Shown here: positions 56,402 through 64,000 of the stretch, in pieces
How the letters are laid out: each line of letters starts with the position of its first letter
Numbering within the stretch: the first letter of the stretch is position 1
Source of the DNA: Fidelibacterota bacterium
GTDB lineage: Bacteria; Fidelibacterota; Marinisomatia; Marinisomatales; UBA1611
DNA: 64,000 bases
NCBI GenBank assembly: GCA_002708715.1
Contig: PAPB01000035.1
Span: 22,285-86,284, forward strand
Direction: 5' to 3'
Notes under the pieces: model-generated
The model's input: only the letters and a program-made list of their open reading frames with translations
What the model was told of the DNA's origin: nothing
Database searches by the model: none
Translations under genes and position numbers: made by a program

Positions 56402-59400
56402 CTATAGTGATACATTTATGCCTATGTTGACTCTTCTTGGTTCGCCATACCAATCAGGACGAAGCAGGTGTTCATTAAGATGTCCGATCCGTCCAGGATC
56501 AGTTAAGGATACATCTTTTGCAGTAAGTGTATAGGTCGATCTTCCTGTATCATTCCAAACAGAAAATTCGTTTCTTATATCAAGGAGATTATAAATATTG
56601 CAATAAAGGTTTGATTTTAGACCAAGTAGAGAAAGCGAATAGGATGCACGTATATCCAAGTCAAATATATTTGGTTTTCTCTCACTGTTATCTGCAAAAC
56701 CAGCAAATGCACCAGAACCAGAGACAACACCTGTCTTGAATTCAGGAGTATATGGCTTCCCAGTCCAAAGTTTTCCAATTGAACTTATGATCCAGTTTTT
56801 ACCACCAAATGTGGTACGAAAATTTAGAGTGTGAGTCTGATCCCAATCCAGAGGAAGCATATTGAGCCTTGGCGCCTGATTATCTTGAGCGTCAAAGTAT
56901 GCATCTTGAGGATTTGAATATGTTCCTTCTGCAATCATCCAAGTGTAGTCAACTCCTCCTCCAAAACCACCAGTAAATTGACGGTCTAAAACAAGCGTAA
57001 ATCCTCTTGTGTTTGCATAATCTTTATTTTCATACTTTCTATAGTTTCCAACTGGATATTTTTTGATAGCGGTAGAAATACCAACCCAGTCTCTTGTGTC
57101 ACGATAAAAAATGGTAAGGTCAATAGCTGTTCTGTACGCAATTTCTTGCTTAAATCCAATTTCATACATGACAGTTTTTTCAGGTTTTAAATCAGCATTT
57201 CCAAGAATTCCACCATTATTGTTATTTGTAATTTCAAATTCTGGATTTTCATATAAAAAGCTAAAATTTGGGACCTGGAAGAAGTGGCCATATGATACAT
57301 GAATAACGCCTTTATCAGTTATAGGATATGCGATACCGATTCGAGGACTTATCTGGTATGAAGGTTTAACAGTTTTATATCCATAACCCCATCTAAAAGA
57401 ATCTCTGTAGGTATATAGCTGCCTATCAAAAGCTTGTGTATAAGACTCTACAGTTGAATCATATTCAACACCAGTAGTGAAAAGATTTTCTATGGAAACC
57501 GCACCTTGTTGAGTGATGGAGTCAATAATAGTAACGTCATCATGTAGTAATGAGAAATCATGTTCCCAAAAGACAGTAGTATCATTTTGAGTTTTCGTTA
57601 GATAATATTTTAAATTACCTGGTAATTGATCATTTGTGGGGACTTTCCAATCTGGATCAAAATAATCAAAACGCGTACCTGCATTAATGATTAATTCATC
57701 TAATTCTATTTTATCTTGTATAAATAGTGAGAACTCTTTGGGACTTGCTCTAAAATAGTCATGCTCAGATGTATAAGTAGGGTTAATGATTGGAGTGAAA
57801 GGATTCATACGTGCACCAGCTAGAGGGTTATATCCTAGCGTGTCCCCGTTTTGAGTAACCGACCATTCCCCAACAGTTTTATAATTTAAAAATTTATCAT
57901 CTGCCCAGATATCATATACCTTGTACAATATCCCTGCTTTTATAAAGTGCGTTGGATTAATTTGGCTAGATATATCGAATTTTAATTGTTTAAATGAAGT
58001 ATTTCTACTGAACCGCCCATTCTGAGTTCCACCAATACCAAAAGACCACGCGGGTGTGATAAATTCATCACTGGCAACATATCCACTTTGGTCACTCATA
58101 TCTATAATTTGATACATATTCTCGTTAAGTGAGTCCAAATCGTACCTAGGAATATTTTTAAAAATATCATAGCCCATTCTTACTTGAATTGAGTCATTCA
58201 GGTTTAAAGCATCTAATTCACTTTGGTCTATTATTCTACTTGCATTTGGCACATCATTTATATCATAAAGTGACTGGTTGTAGCCACTGCTAAAGTCTAG
58301 ATATTTTAGTTCATAGAACGTGCTTTGATTAATACTATGAGTTAGTGATAGCATATGAGATTGATCGGATTCAAAGTGTTGAAGTAATCCGTCAGGGTTG
58401 TATTTGTAATAGCTATCGTAATTTTTATAAGATTTCTCTGTAATATATCCAGTGTAACTAGTTTTTATATCTGGTCGTATTTTATATGTTAGTTTAAATT
58501 GACCAGATAATTTTGAATAGGGCGATAGTGGGACAATAGTTTCATCGCTAAAATTGCCAGTGGGAGTAAATAATTTTCTTCCATAATAGCGACCAGATGA
58601 TTGGTAATATCTGAAGGTTGAATAAAAAGTAAGTCGTTTGTTTAATAATGGAACAGGGCCACTTAAACTTCCTGATAGGTTTGTTTGTTGAAAAATATTT
58701 TCGAAAATATTTAAATATTTTGTATATCCATTTTTATCAAGGCTGAACTCGTGCTCTCCCCAGTCCATACGACCATTGCCTTCTCCAGGACTAGGTTGAG
58801 TAGTTTTTCCATCGCCATTATAATCGTAGTAATCACCTAAATATCCATCATAACCAACGTCATCATTTAAAGGTTCTGATCCTTCATCACCATCCCATGA
58901 TTGATTACCATTCCTGTCCCAGTAAATTTCTCCTTCATCCCAGGTACCGTTATTATTTAAGTCATAAAGGATTTCACCGTAATCCCAATTACCATCACCA
59001 TTAATATCTGTAAAAGATTCCCAGTTAGAAAAAGGAGAAGATAGAGAGTAAAGATCAGAATGGCTAGAGTGATATCCACCACTATAAAAATCAAGATTTC
59101 CTTCGAAGTTTTCACCACCATCTTTTGTAACTACATTAACAATCCCTGACATTGCTTGTCCATATTCTGCGTTAAAAGTACCAGAGATTACCTGTACCTC
59201 CTGGATCCCAGCATTCTCAACTTCTAAGCCAGAGCTACCATCATATGAATCAGTAGTGGCTACCCCATCAACCCAGAAAGAAACTTCACTACTACGTCCT
59301 CCTCTGACATGAAACCCTCCATTTGGGTCCCGTACAATACCAGCTTGTAGTTCAATAATATCACCTATATCAGTAACAGGTAAATTCTCAATATCTTCAG

Positions 59401-59827
59401 AGCTAACAACGGCAGACATAGAAGTTTGGTCTAGTCTCACCGTTGGCTTTTCAGCTGTAACAATAATTTCTTCACCTGCAATTGTCTCTGGCTTTAAAGA
59501 GAAATCAGATTTTGCAGTTAGGTCAACAATAACCTGTGTACCCTCAATTGTTACTGTCCCATATCCAATCATAGAAGCCGATATATTGTAGGTGCCAGGT
59601 GGAACATTAATAATAAAATATTCACCTTCAAGATTTGTAGCAGCACCATAAGAGGTGCCTTTAACAATGATATTACATCCTATTAGTGGCTGGTTGTTCT
59701 CATCAACAACTTTTCCAGATATTTTACCAGTTGTACCTGCATATAGAAATTGTAAAAGAATAAAAATATGTGTAAATAATTTTGTTTTTTTCACAATTTG
59801 ATAGATTAAATATCTGCTATAATTCAT
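56402..59827 (-). CDS. TonB-dependent outer-membrane receptor with a CarbopepD_reg-like N-domain (module B), carrying an extra acidic Ca-loop insertion
   Basis: It has GKISGKVVDENNQPLIGCNIIVKGTSYGAATNLEGEYFIINVPPGTYNI and a plug (HVRGGRSSEVSFWVDGV...VISGTFNAEYGQAMSGIVNVVTKDG). The barrel blocks YGHFFQVP and DLKPEKTVMYEIG are shared with 34208..37120. Confidence 0.85.
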   Translation of the reverse strand: MNYSRYLIYQIVKKTKLFTHIFILLQFLYAGTTGKISGKVVDENNQPLIGCNIIVKGTSYGAATNLEGEYFIINVPPGTYNISASMIGYGTVTIEGTQVIVDLTAKSDFSLKPETIAGEEIIVTAEKPTVRLDQTSMSAVVSSEDIENLPVTDIGDIIELQAGIVRDPNGGFHVRGGRSSEVSFWVDGVATTDSYDGSSGLEVENAGIQEVQVISGTFNAEYGQAMSGIVNVVTKDGGENFEGNLDFYSGGYHSSHSDLYSLSSPFSNWESFTDINGDGNWDYGEILYDLNNNGTWDEGEIYWDRNGNQSWDGDEGSEPLNDDVGYDGYLGDYYDYNGDGKTTQPSPGEGNGRMDWGEHEFSLDKNGYTKYLNIFENIFQQTNLSGSLSGPVPLLNKRLTFYSTFRYYQSSGRYYGRKLFTPTGNFSDETIVPLSPYSKLSGQFKLTYKIRPDIKTSYTGYITEKSYKNYDSYYKYNPDGLLQHFESDQSHMLSLTHSINQSTFYELKYLDFSSGYNQSLYDINDVPNASRIIDQSELDALNLNDSIQVRMGYDIFKNIPRYDLDSLNENMYQIIDMSDQSGYVASDEFITPAWSFGIGGTQNGRFSRNTSFKQLKFDISSQINPTHFIKAGILYKVYDIWADDKFLNYKTVGEWSVTQNGDTLGYNPLAGARMNPFTPIINPTYTSEHDYFRASPKEFSLFIQDKIELDELIINAGTRFDYFDPDWKVPTNDQLPGNLKYYLTKTQNDTTVFWEHDFSLLHDDVTIIDSITQQGAVSIENLFTTGVEYDSTVESYTQAFDRQLYTYRDSFRWGYGYKTVKPSYQISPRIGIAYPITDKGVIHVSYGHFFQVPNFSFLYENPEFEITNNNNGGILGNADLKPEKTVMYEIGFKQEIAYRTAIDLTIFYRDTRDWVGISTAIKKYPVGNYRKYENKDYANTRGFTLVLDRQFTGGFGGGVDYTWMIAEGTYSNPQDAYFDAQDNQAPRLNMLPLDWDQTHTLNFRTTFGGKNWIISSIGKLWTGKPYTPEFKTGVVSGSGAFAGFADNSERKPNIFDLDIRASYSLSLLGLKSNLYCNIYNLLDIRNEFSVWNDTGRSTYTLTAKDVSLTDPGRIGHLNEHLLRPDWYGEPRRVNIGINVSL

Positions 59828-59849
59828 AAAATTTTAAAATACTTATTAG

Positions 59850-59867
59850 TAACTCTATTTAGAGTTA
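59850..59867. promoter_or_regulatory. Perfect inverted repeat TAACTCTA-TT-TAGAGTTA between the module-B TonB receptor and the divergent TrmB-like gene (candidate operator)
   Basis: Read directly from the sequence. It is 23 nt upstream of the receptor ATG (59827) and 91 nt upstream of the regulator ATG (59958). Confidence 0.5.
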
Positions 59868-59957
59868 TTAATTTTAGGGCAAATTAGTGTAATCTAAAAT
59901 TAATTTTTAACTTAAATCAGCAGAGCAAATATAAATGATTTCAACTGGCCTAATAAA

Positions 59958-60755
59958 ATGAAAGAAATACAGAGTTTTTTAATTGAATTTGGCTTTACAT
60001 CTAATGCTGCCAAGGCTTATACGGCTCTATTAAAAAACAACCCATCCACTGGTTATGAAATTAGTTCGCAAACGGATATTCCGAGGTCGGCTATTTACAA
60101 TGTATTAAATAGGTTAGTCAGTTTGGGCTTTGCAAATAGTGTTGGCGATTCTCCAAAGAAATATATTCCACTACAACCACCTGCTCTTATCGAACATCTA
60201 AATCAATCTCATAATGAGAAATTAGAGGGGCTTAAAGACGCAATTAGTAATATTGAAATTGATGATGAGGCTTTTGACTTTTGGCATTTGCATGGGTATA
60301 GAAATATTATTCTTAAAGCAAAAGAATTGATCAATAATGCTCAGGAAAAAATTGCAATCAGTTGCTGGGAGCGAGAAATCGAAGAAATTAAAAAAGAATT
60401 ATTTGCTGCAAAAGATAGAGGCATTGAAAGCACTATCTTCTCTTTTACAAAAATTGATGAAAAATTAGGGAAAGTAGTATCGTATAATTTGGATGAAAAA
60501 GATCTTCGAAAAATATGGACCCCTAAGGTTATTATGGTTGTTGACCATAAGTATACTATAATGGGCAGTACAAAAAAAACAGAAAATAGTAAGGCCATCC
60601 TTACTCAAAATACAGCTATCAATGAAATTGCAACCAACCATATAATTTTAGATATTACACTTGCAGGTCAACGACTAGGTATTGATTCTAGTGTATTTGT
60701 TACAAATATTATGCGCAATTCGGCTGAAGATTTGGAAGATTTATTAAAGTCTTAG
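59958..60755 (+). CDS. TrmB-family sugar-responsive transcriptional regulator
   Basis: Its N-terminal wHTH reads L.EFGFTSNAAKAYTALLKNNPSTGYEISSQTDIPRSAIYNVLNRLVSLGF, the typical TrmB pattern, and is followed by a C-terminal effector-like domain. 265 aa. Confidence 0.8.
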   Translation: MKEIQSFLIEFGFTSNAAKAYTALLKNNPSTGYEISSQTDIPRSAIYNVLNRLVSLGFANSVGDSPKKYIPLQPPALIEHLNQSHNEKLEGLKDAISNIEIDDEAFDFWHLHGYRNIILKAKELINNAQEKIAISCWEREIEEIKKELFAAKDRGIESTIFSFTKIDEKLGKVVSYNLDEKDLRKIWTPKVIMVVDHKYTIMGSTKKTENSKAILTQNTAINEIATNHIILDITLAGQRLGIDSSVFVTNIMRNSAEDLEDLLKS

Positions 60756-60789
60756 TGATTTATGGCGAATGTTTTAATATAGATATGTT

Positions 60790-62298
60790 GTGATGCAGGA
60801 AATGTTAAATTCAAAAAGGGCTAGTGGTATCTTGATGCATATCACATCTCTGCCAGGTCCTTATGGTATTGGTGAGATTGGTAATAATGCAAAAGCATTT
60901 ATTGATGACCTTATTAAAATGAATCAATCTTATTGGCAGATCCTACCTACAAATTATCCAGAGACATGTAATAGTCCATATGACACAAATTCAGCATTTG
61001 CTCAAAATCCATTTCTGATTTGTATAGATTCTCTTATAGAAGATGGTTTAATTAAAAAAAATGATTTAGAGCCTATACCAGACTTTGGTGATAGAAAGGT
61101 TGAATTTGAAAAATTAAAAAAATGGAAATTCCCAATTCTTAAAAAAGCCGCACATAATTTTTTTAAGGATGGTAGTGATAAGGATATTGCAGAATATAGT
61201 GACTTTTGTAATGAACATGATTTTTGGCTTAATGACTATGCTCTATTTATTGTGATAAAAAGTTTAGAGAATAAACTAAATTGGTCCGATTGGGAGCCTA
61301 GATATAAAAATTTAGATAAAGATGCGATAAGAGATATATTTACCATCTATGAGGATCAGATCGAAGAAATAAAAATATTACAATACTTTTTTTATAAACA
61401 ATGGAAAATTTTAAAAGCATATGCGACTTCTAGGGATATTAAGTTGATTGGTGATATCCCGATTTATATATCTTTCAATAGTGCAGATGTATGGAAAAAT
61501 CAGTCTCTATTTAAGTTAGATCAAGATTCTAAAATGAAATATCAGTCAGGGTGTCCGCCTGATTATTTTATGGAATCGGGGCAACTTTGGGGTCATCCTA
61601 TCTATGATTGGCAAAAGCATTTAGATTCAGGATTTAATTGGTGGATTAATCGTATAAACTATATAATAAAATATGTGGATATCATTAGAATTGACCATTT
61701 TAATGGATTCGCAAAATACTGGGAAGTGCCAGCAAATGATTTAAATGCTATTCATGGTAAATGGGTTAAAGCAAAAGGGACTGAACTTCTTGATAATCTT
61801 TTTAGAACAGAAAAAAAAATCTATTTAATTGCTGAAGATCTTGGTGAGGCATCTGCTGATGCTGCAGTAATACGCAAGAAATATAATATTCCAGGAATGA
61901 GTGTATTGCAATTTGCCTTTTATGAGGAAGATCCTCTTAGTGATATTCAGGAAAATACGGTTTTATATACTGGTACACATGACAATGATACATCAATTGG
62001 ATGGTATAATTCTCTTAATGGACAGCTTCCTCAGGATAAAATGGATATGGTGAAAAATATTTTAAATTTGAATTCAAAGGAGGTCAATTGGGCAATGATA
62101 GAATATGCTTTTCAATCTAGAGCATTGAATGTAATGGTTCCAGTTCAAGATCTTTTAGGATTGGGATCTGAGGCTCGTATGAATACTCCAGGTACTATTA
62201 GCGATCAAAATTGGACATGGAGAATGACGCAAAATGATTTGAAGGATTCTATAATGCACAAAATGAAAAAAATTACCCAAAAAGCGAATCGCATATGA
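60790..62298 (+). CDS. malQ: 4-alpha-glucanotransferase (amylomaltase, GH77)
   Basis: It has RASGILMHITSLPGPYGIGEIG, GDIPIYIS, the RIDHFNGF-type block (IIRIDHFNGF), AEDLGE and YTGTHDNDT. The start may be the ATG at 60793 rather than the GTG at 60790. Confidence 0.9.
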   Translation: MMQEMLNSKRASGILMHITSLPGPYGIGEIGNNAKAFIDDLIKMNQSYWQILPTNYPETCNSPYDTNSAFAQNPFLICIDSLIEDGLIKKNDLEPIPDFGDRKVEFEKLKKWKFPILKKAAHNFFKDGSDKDIAEYSDFCNEHDFWLNDYALFIVIKSLENKLNWSDWEPRYKNLDKDAIRDIFTIYEDQIEEIKILQYFFYKQWKILKAYATSRDIKLIGDIPIYISFNSADVWKNQSLFKLDQDSKMKYQSGCPPDYFMESGQLWGHPIYDWQKHLDSGFNWWINRINYIIKYVDIIRIDHFNGFAKYWEVPANDLNAIHGKWVKAKGTELLDNLFRTEKKIYLIAEDLGEASADAAVIRKKYNIPGMSVLQFAFYEEDPLSDIQENTVLYTGTHDNDTSIGWYNSLNGQLPQDKMDMVKNILNLNSKEVNWAMIEYAFQSRALNVMVPVQDLLGLGSEARMNTPGTISDQNWTWRMTQNDLKDSIMHKMKKITQKANRI

Positions 62299-63938
62299 AC
62301 AAACAATTTGAAATAGCATATTTTTCTGCTGAAATAGGTATATCATCTAGTATCCCAACATATAGCGGTGGGTTAGGGGTATTGGCTGGAGATCATATAA
62401 AAGCTGCTGGTGATGCTGGAATTAGTATGTGTGCTATAACGCTATTATATAAAGAAGGATATTTTAAGCAACGTTTAGATGAAGAAGGAGTACAGACTGA
62501 AACATATCCAAGGTTTGATCCTGATCCATTAATTAAGCAAATGGATTTAAATTTTTCAATCCAATTGCGTAATAGAAAAGTATTTATTCAAGTTTTTAAA
62601 TTTGAGTATGTTGCAGATTCTGGTGATCGTGTTCCAATATTTTTTTTAGATACAGATACAGATAAAAATATTGATGAAGATAGATTTATCACTCATAGAT
62701 TATACTCAGGAGATAAGGATCATCGTATTCTTCAAGAGTCAGTGCTTGGGTTCGGAGGTATAAAATTATTACAGAAGCTTGAACAAAATAGTATAAAAAC
62801 TTATCACATGAATGAAGGTCACTGTTCTTTTCTAGTTCTTAGTCTATTACGCCATTTTAAAGGAGACGCTGATAAAGTAAAATCATTATGCCATTTTACA
62901 ACGCATACTCCTGTTCCAGCTGGTCATGACCATTTTTCATTGGACCGTACAAAAAACATACTGAATGATCTTATTCCTGATGATATGGTATTGCCATCGA
63001 TAGAAAAATCGCAGAGGCTACACATGACAGAACTGGGATTGCATTTTAGTAGGAGTGCCAATGGAGTATCAGAGTTACATGGTGATGTTGCACAAAATCA
63101 GTTTCCTTGGGCTTCAATTGGATTTATAACTAATGGTGTGCATCACAGCTATTGGATGGGCACAACTTTTAAAAATATTTTTGATAAATATTTACCGGGT
63201 TGGAGATTAGATCCAGATAAATTATTAGAAATAGATTCTGTCCCAGATCAAATTTTATTAGAAGCACATTTATCTAGAAAAAAACGATTATTAACTTATG
63301 CTAATTCTCAAACTGGAAAGGCGCTAGATATGGAAACCCTAACCATTGGATTTGCGCGACGCTCTGCAACATATAAACGTGCTCAGCTTCTCTTTAATGA
63401 TTTAGAAAAACTGCGACTATTAGGTCATAAGAAAATTCAAATAATCTATTCTGGAAAGGCGCATCCCAAAGACACTGGTGGTAAAGAATTAATCCGTCAA
63501 ATTGTGACAAAAGCAAAAAGTCTATTTGGTTCTATTAAAATTATTTATTTAGAGAATTATGATATGTGGCTTGGGAGATTAATTACTTCTGGAGTAGATG
63601 TTTGGCTTAATACACCTCTAAGACCAAATGAGGCATCTGGTACGAGTGGGATGAAAGCAACCCTAAATGGTGTCCCCAATTTATCAATTTTAGATGGATG
63701 GTGGGCTGAAGGATGTGATCATAAAGTAAATGGTTGGGCTATTGGAGACCCAAATCATCCAGATGACCAAAAAGATGCAGAACACTTATATTATCTATTA
63801 GAAAATCAAATCATTCCGATGTTTTACGATAACAAGAAAAAATGGATTGGGATAATGAAACAAGCTATAAAAACAGGAGTAAGGTTTACAGCTTTTCGAA
63901 TGATAAATGAATATAAAAACCAATACTATAAGGTGTAA
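62295..63938 (+). CDS. glgP: Alpha-glucan (maltodextrin/glycogen) phosphorylase, short GT35 type
   Basis: It has YSGGLGVLAGDHIKAAGD, FTTHTPVPAGHD and EASGTSGMKATLNG (PLP-Lys region). It overlaps the malQ stop by 4 nt. Confidence 0.9.
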   Translation: MNKQFEIAYFSAEIGISSSIPTYSGGLGVLAGDHIKAAGDAGISMCAITLLYKEGYFKQRLDEEGVQTETYPRFDPDPLIKQMDLNFSIQLRNRKVFIQVFKFEYVADSGDRVPIFFLDTDTDKNIDEDRFITHRLYSGDKDHRILQESVLGFGGIKLLQKLEQNSIKTYHMNEGHCSFLVLSLLRHFKGDADKVKSLCHFTTHTPVPAGHDHFSLDRTKNILNDLIPDDMVLPSIEKSQRLHMTELGLHFSRSANGVSELHGDVAQNQFPWASIGFITNGVHHSYWMGTTFKNIFDKYLPGWRLDPDKLLEIDSVPDQILLEAHLSRKKRLLTYANSQTGKALDMETLTIGFARRSATYKRAQLLFNDLEKLRLLGHKKIQIIYSGKAHPKDTGGKELIRQIVTKAKSLFGSIKIIYLENYDMWLGRLITSGVDVWLNTPLRPNEASGTSGMKATLNGVPNLSILDGWWAEGCDHKVNGWAIGDPNHPDDQKDAEHLYYLLENQIIPMFYDNKKKWIGIMKQAIKTGVRFTAFRMINEYKNQYYKV

Positions 63939-63941
63939 TTA

Positions 63942-64000
63942 TGGAAACAATTGATCTTATTATTATTATAGTGTATTTGCTTGCCATCGTTATTGTTGGT
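63942..64000 (+). CDS. Start of a membrane transporter (SSF/SGLT-like N-terminal helix), truncated by the window end
   Basis: METIDLIIIIVYLLAIVIVG resembles the first TM helix of Na+/sugar symporters. Only 19 codons are visible. Confidence 0.3.

Noticed and set aside
32898-59827. The mirrored duplicated modules considered as a composite transposon or recent segmental inverted duplication.
   Set aside because: I found no transposase, integrase or terminal inverted repeats. The paralogues are diverged at the protein level, with no long nucleotide identity, and differ in gene content. This fits an ancient duplication or independent paralogous loci.
1-64000. A search by eye for CRISPR arrays, tRNA/rRNA genes, integrases or transposases, toxin-antitoxin pairs and known defence-system hallmarks.
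   Set aside because: None was seen. All intergenic regions are at most about 270 bp and lack repeat-spacer structure or cloverleaf-like GC-rich segments. A covariance-model scan (tRNAscan, Infernal) would be needed to exclude small ncRNAs.

Overview
This is an AT-rich, densely coded bacterial chromosomal segment. Hand counts of a few lines give roughly 30-33 % G+C. I saw no rRNA, tRNA, CRISPR array, transposase or integrase.

Likely source: T9SS-style C-terminal sorting domains (..PNPFNP..), PorV-like barrels and CarbopepD-type TonB-dependent barrels suggest an FCB-superphylum-like, possibly uncultured marine organism. The taxon cannot be fixed from this window.

Content in order:
1. 1-15.2 kb: a peptidoglycan and amino-sugar salvage island. 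It holds a GH3/beta-lactamase-fold fusion, GH18, a DUF1343/NamZ-like gene, a Na+/solute symporter, an NlpC/P60 peptidase, SpmA, a SpmB fused to a VanX-type D-Ala-D-Ala dipeptidase, an LD-carboxypeptidase, PBP4, a GATase1, a DUF1460-like gene and a NagB-LmbE fusion.
2. 15.2-19.5 kb: cytochrome c, KdsD, two adjacent selenoprotein genes, a cyclase-family protein and a PAS-UbiA/MenA fusion. The ORF track splits or misses both selenoprotein genes at in-frame TGA codons. One is a Bcp peroxiredoxin with TGA at the peroxidatic Cys position. The other is a SelW/Rdx-like CxxU protein. Each has a downstream hairpin.
3. 19.5-24.6 kb: a lexA-imuB-dnaE2 mutagenesis cassette preceded by a tandem repeat that is a candidate operator.
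4. 24.6-32.8 kb: alpha-glucan genes (a GH13 operon, FG-GAP and repeat-module T9SS cargo proteins).
5. 32.9-59.8 kb: two convergent, paralogous copies of a four-gene outer-membrane module. Each copy is a parvulin PPIase, a TonB-dependent barrel, a 1236-1322 aa Ca-repeat/FN3 protein with a variant CTD, and a 336 aa PorV-like barrel.
6. 59.9-64 kb: a TrmB-like regulator, malQ, an alpha-glucan phosphorylase and the start of a transporter.

The duplicated outer-membrane module, with a palindrome shared by two of its promoters next to the TrmB gene, is my best candidate for an undescribed system.
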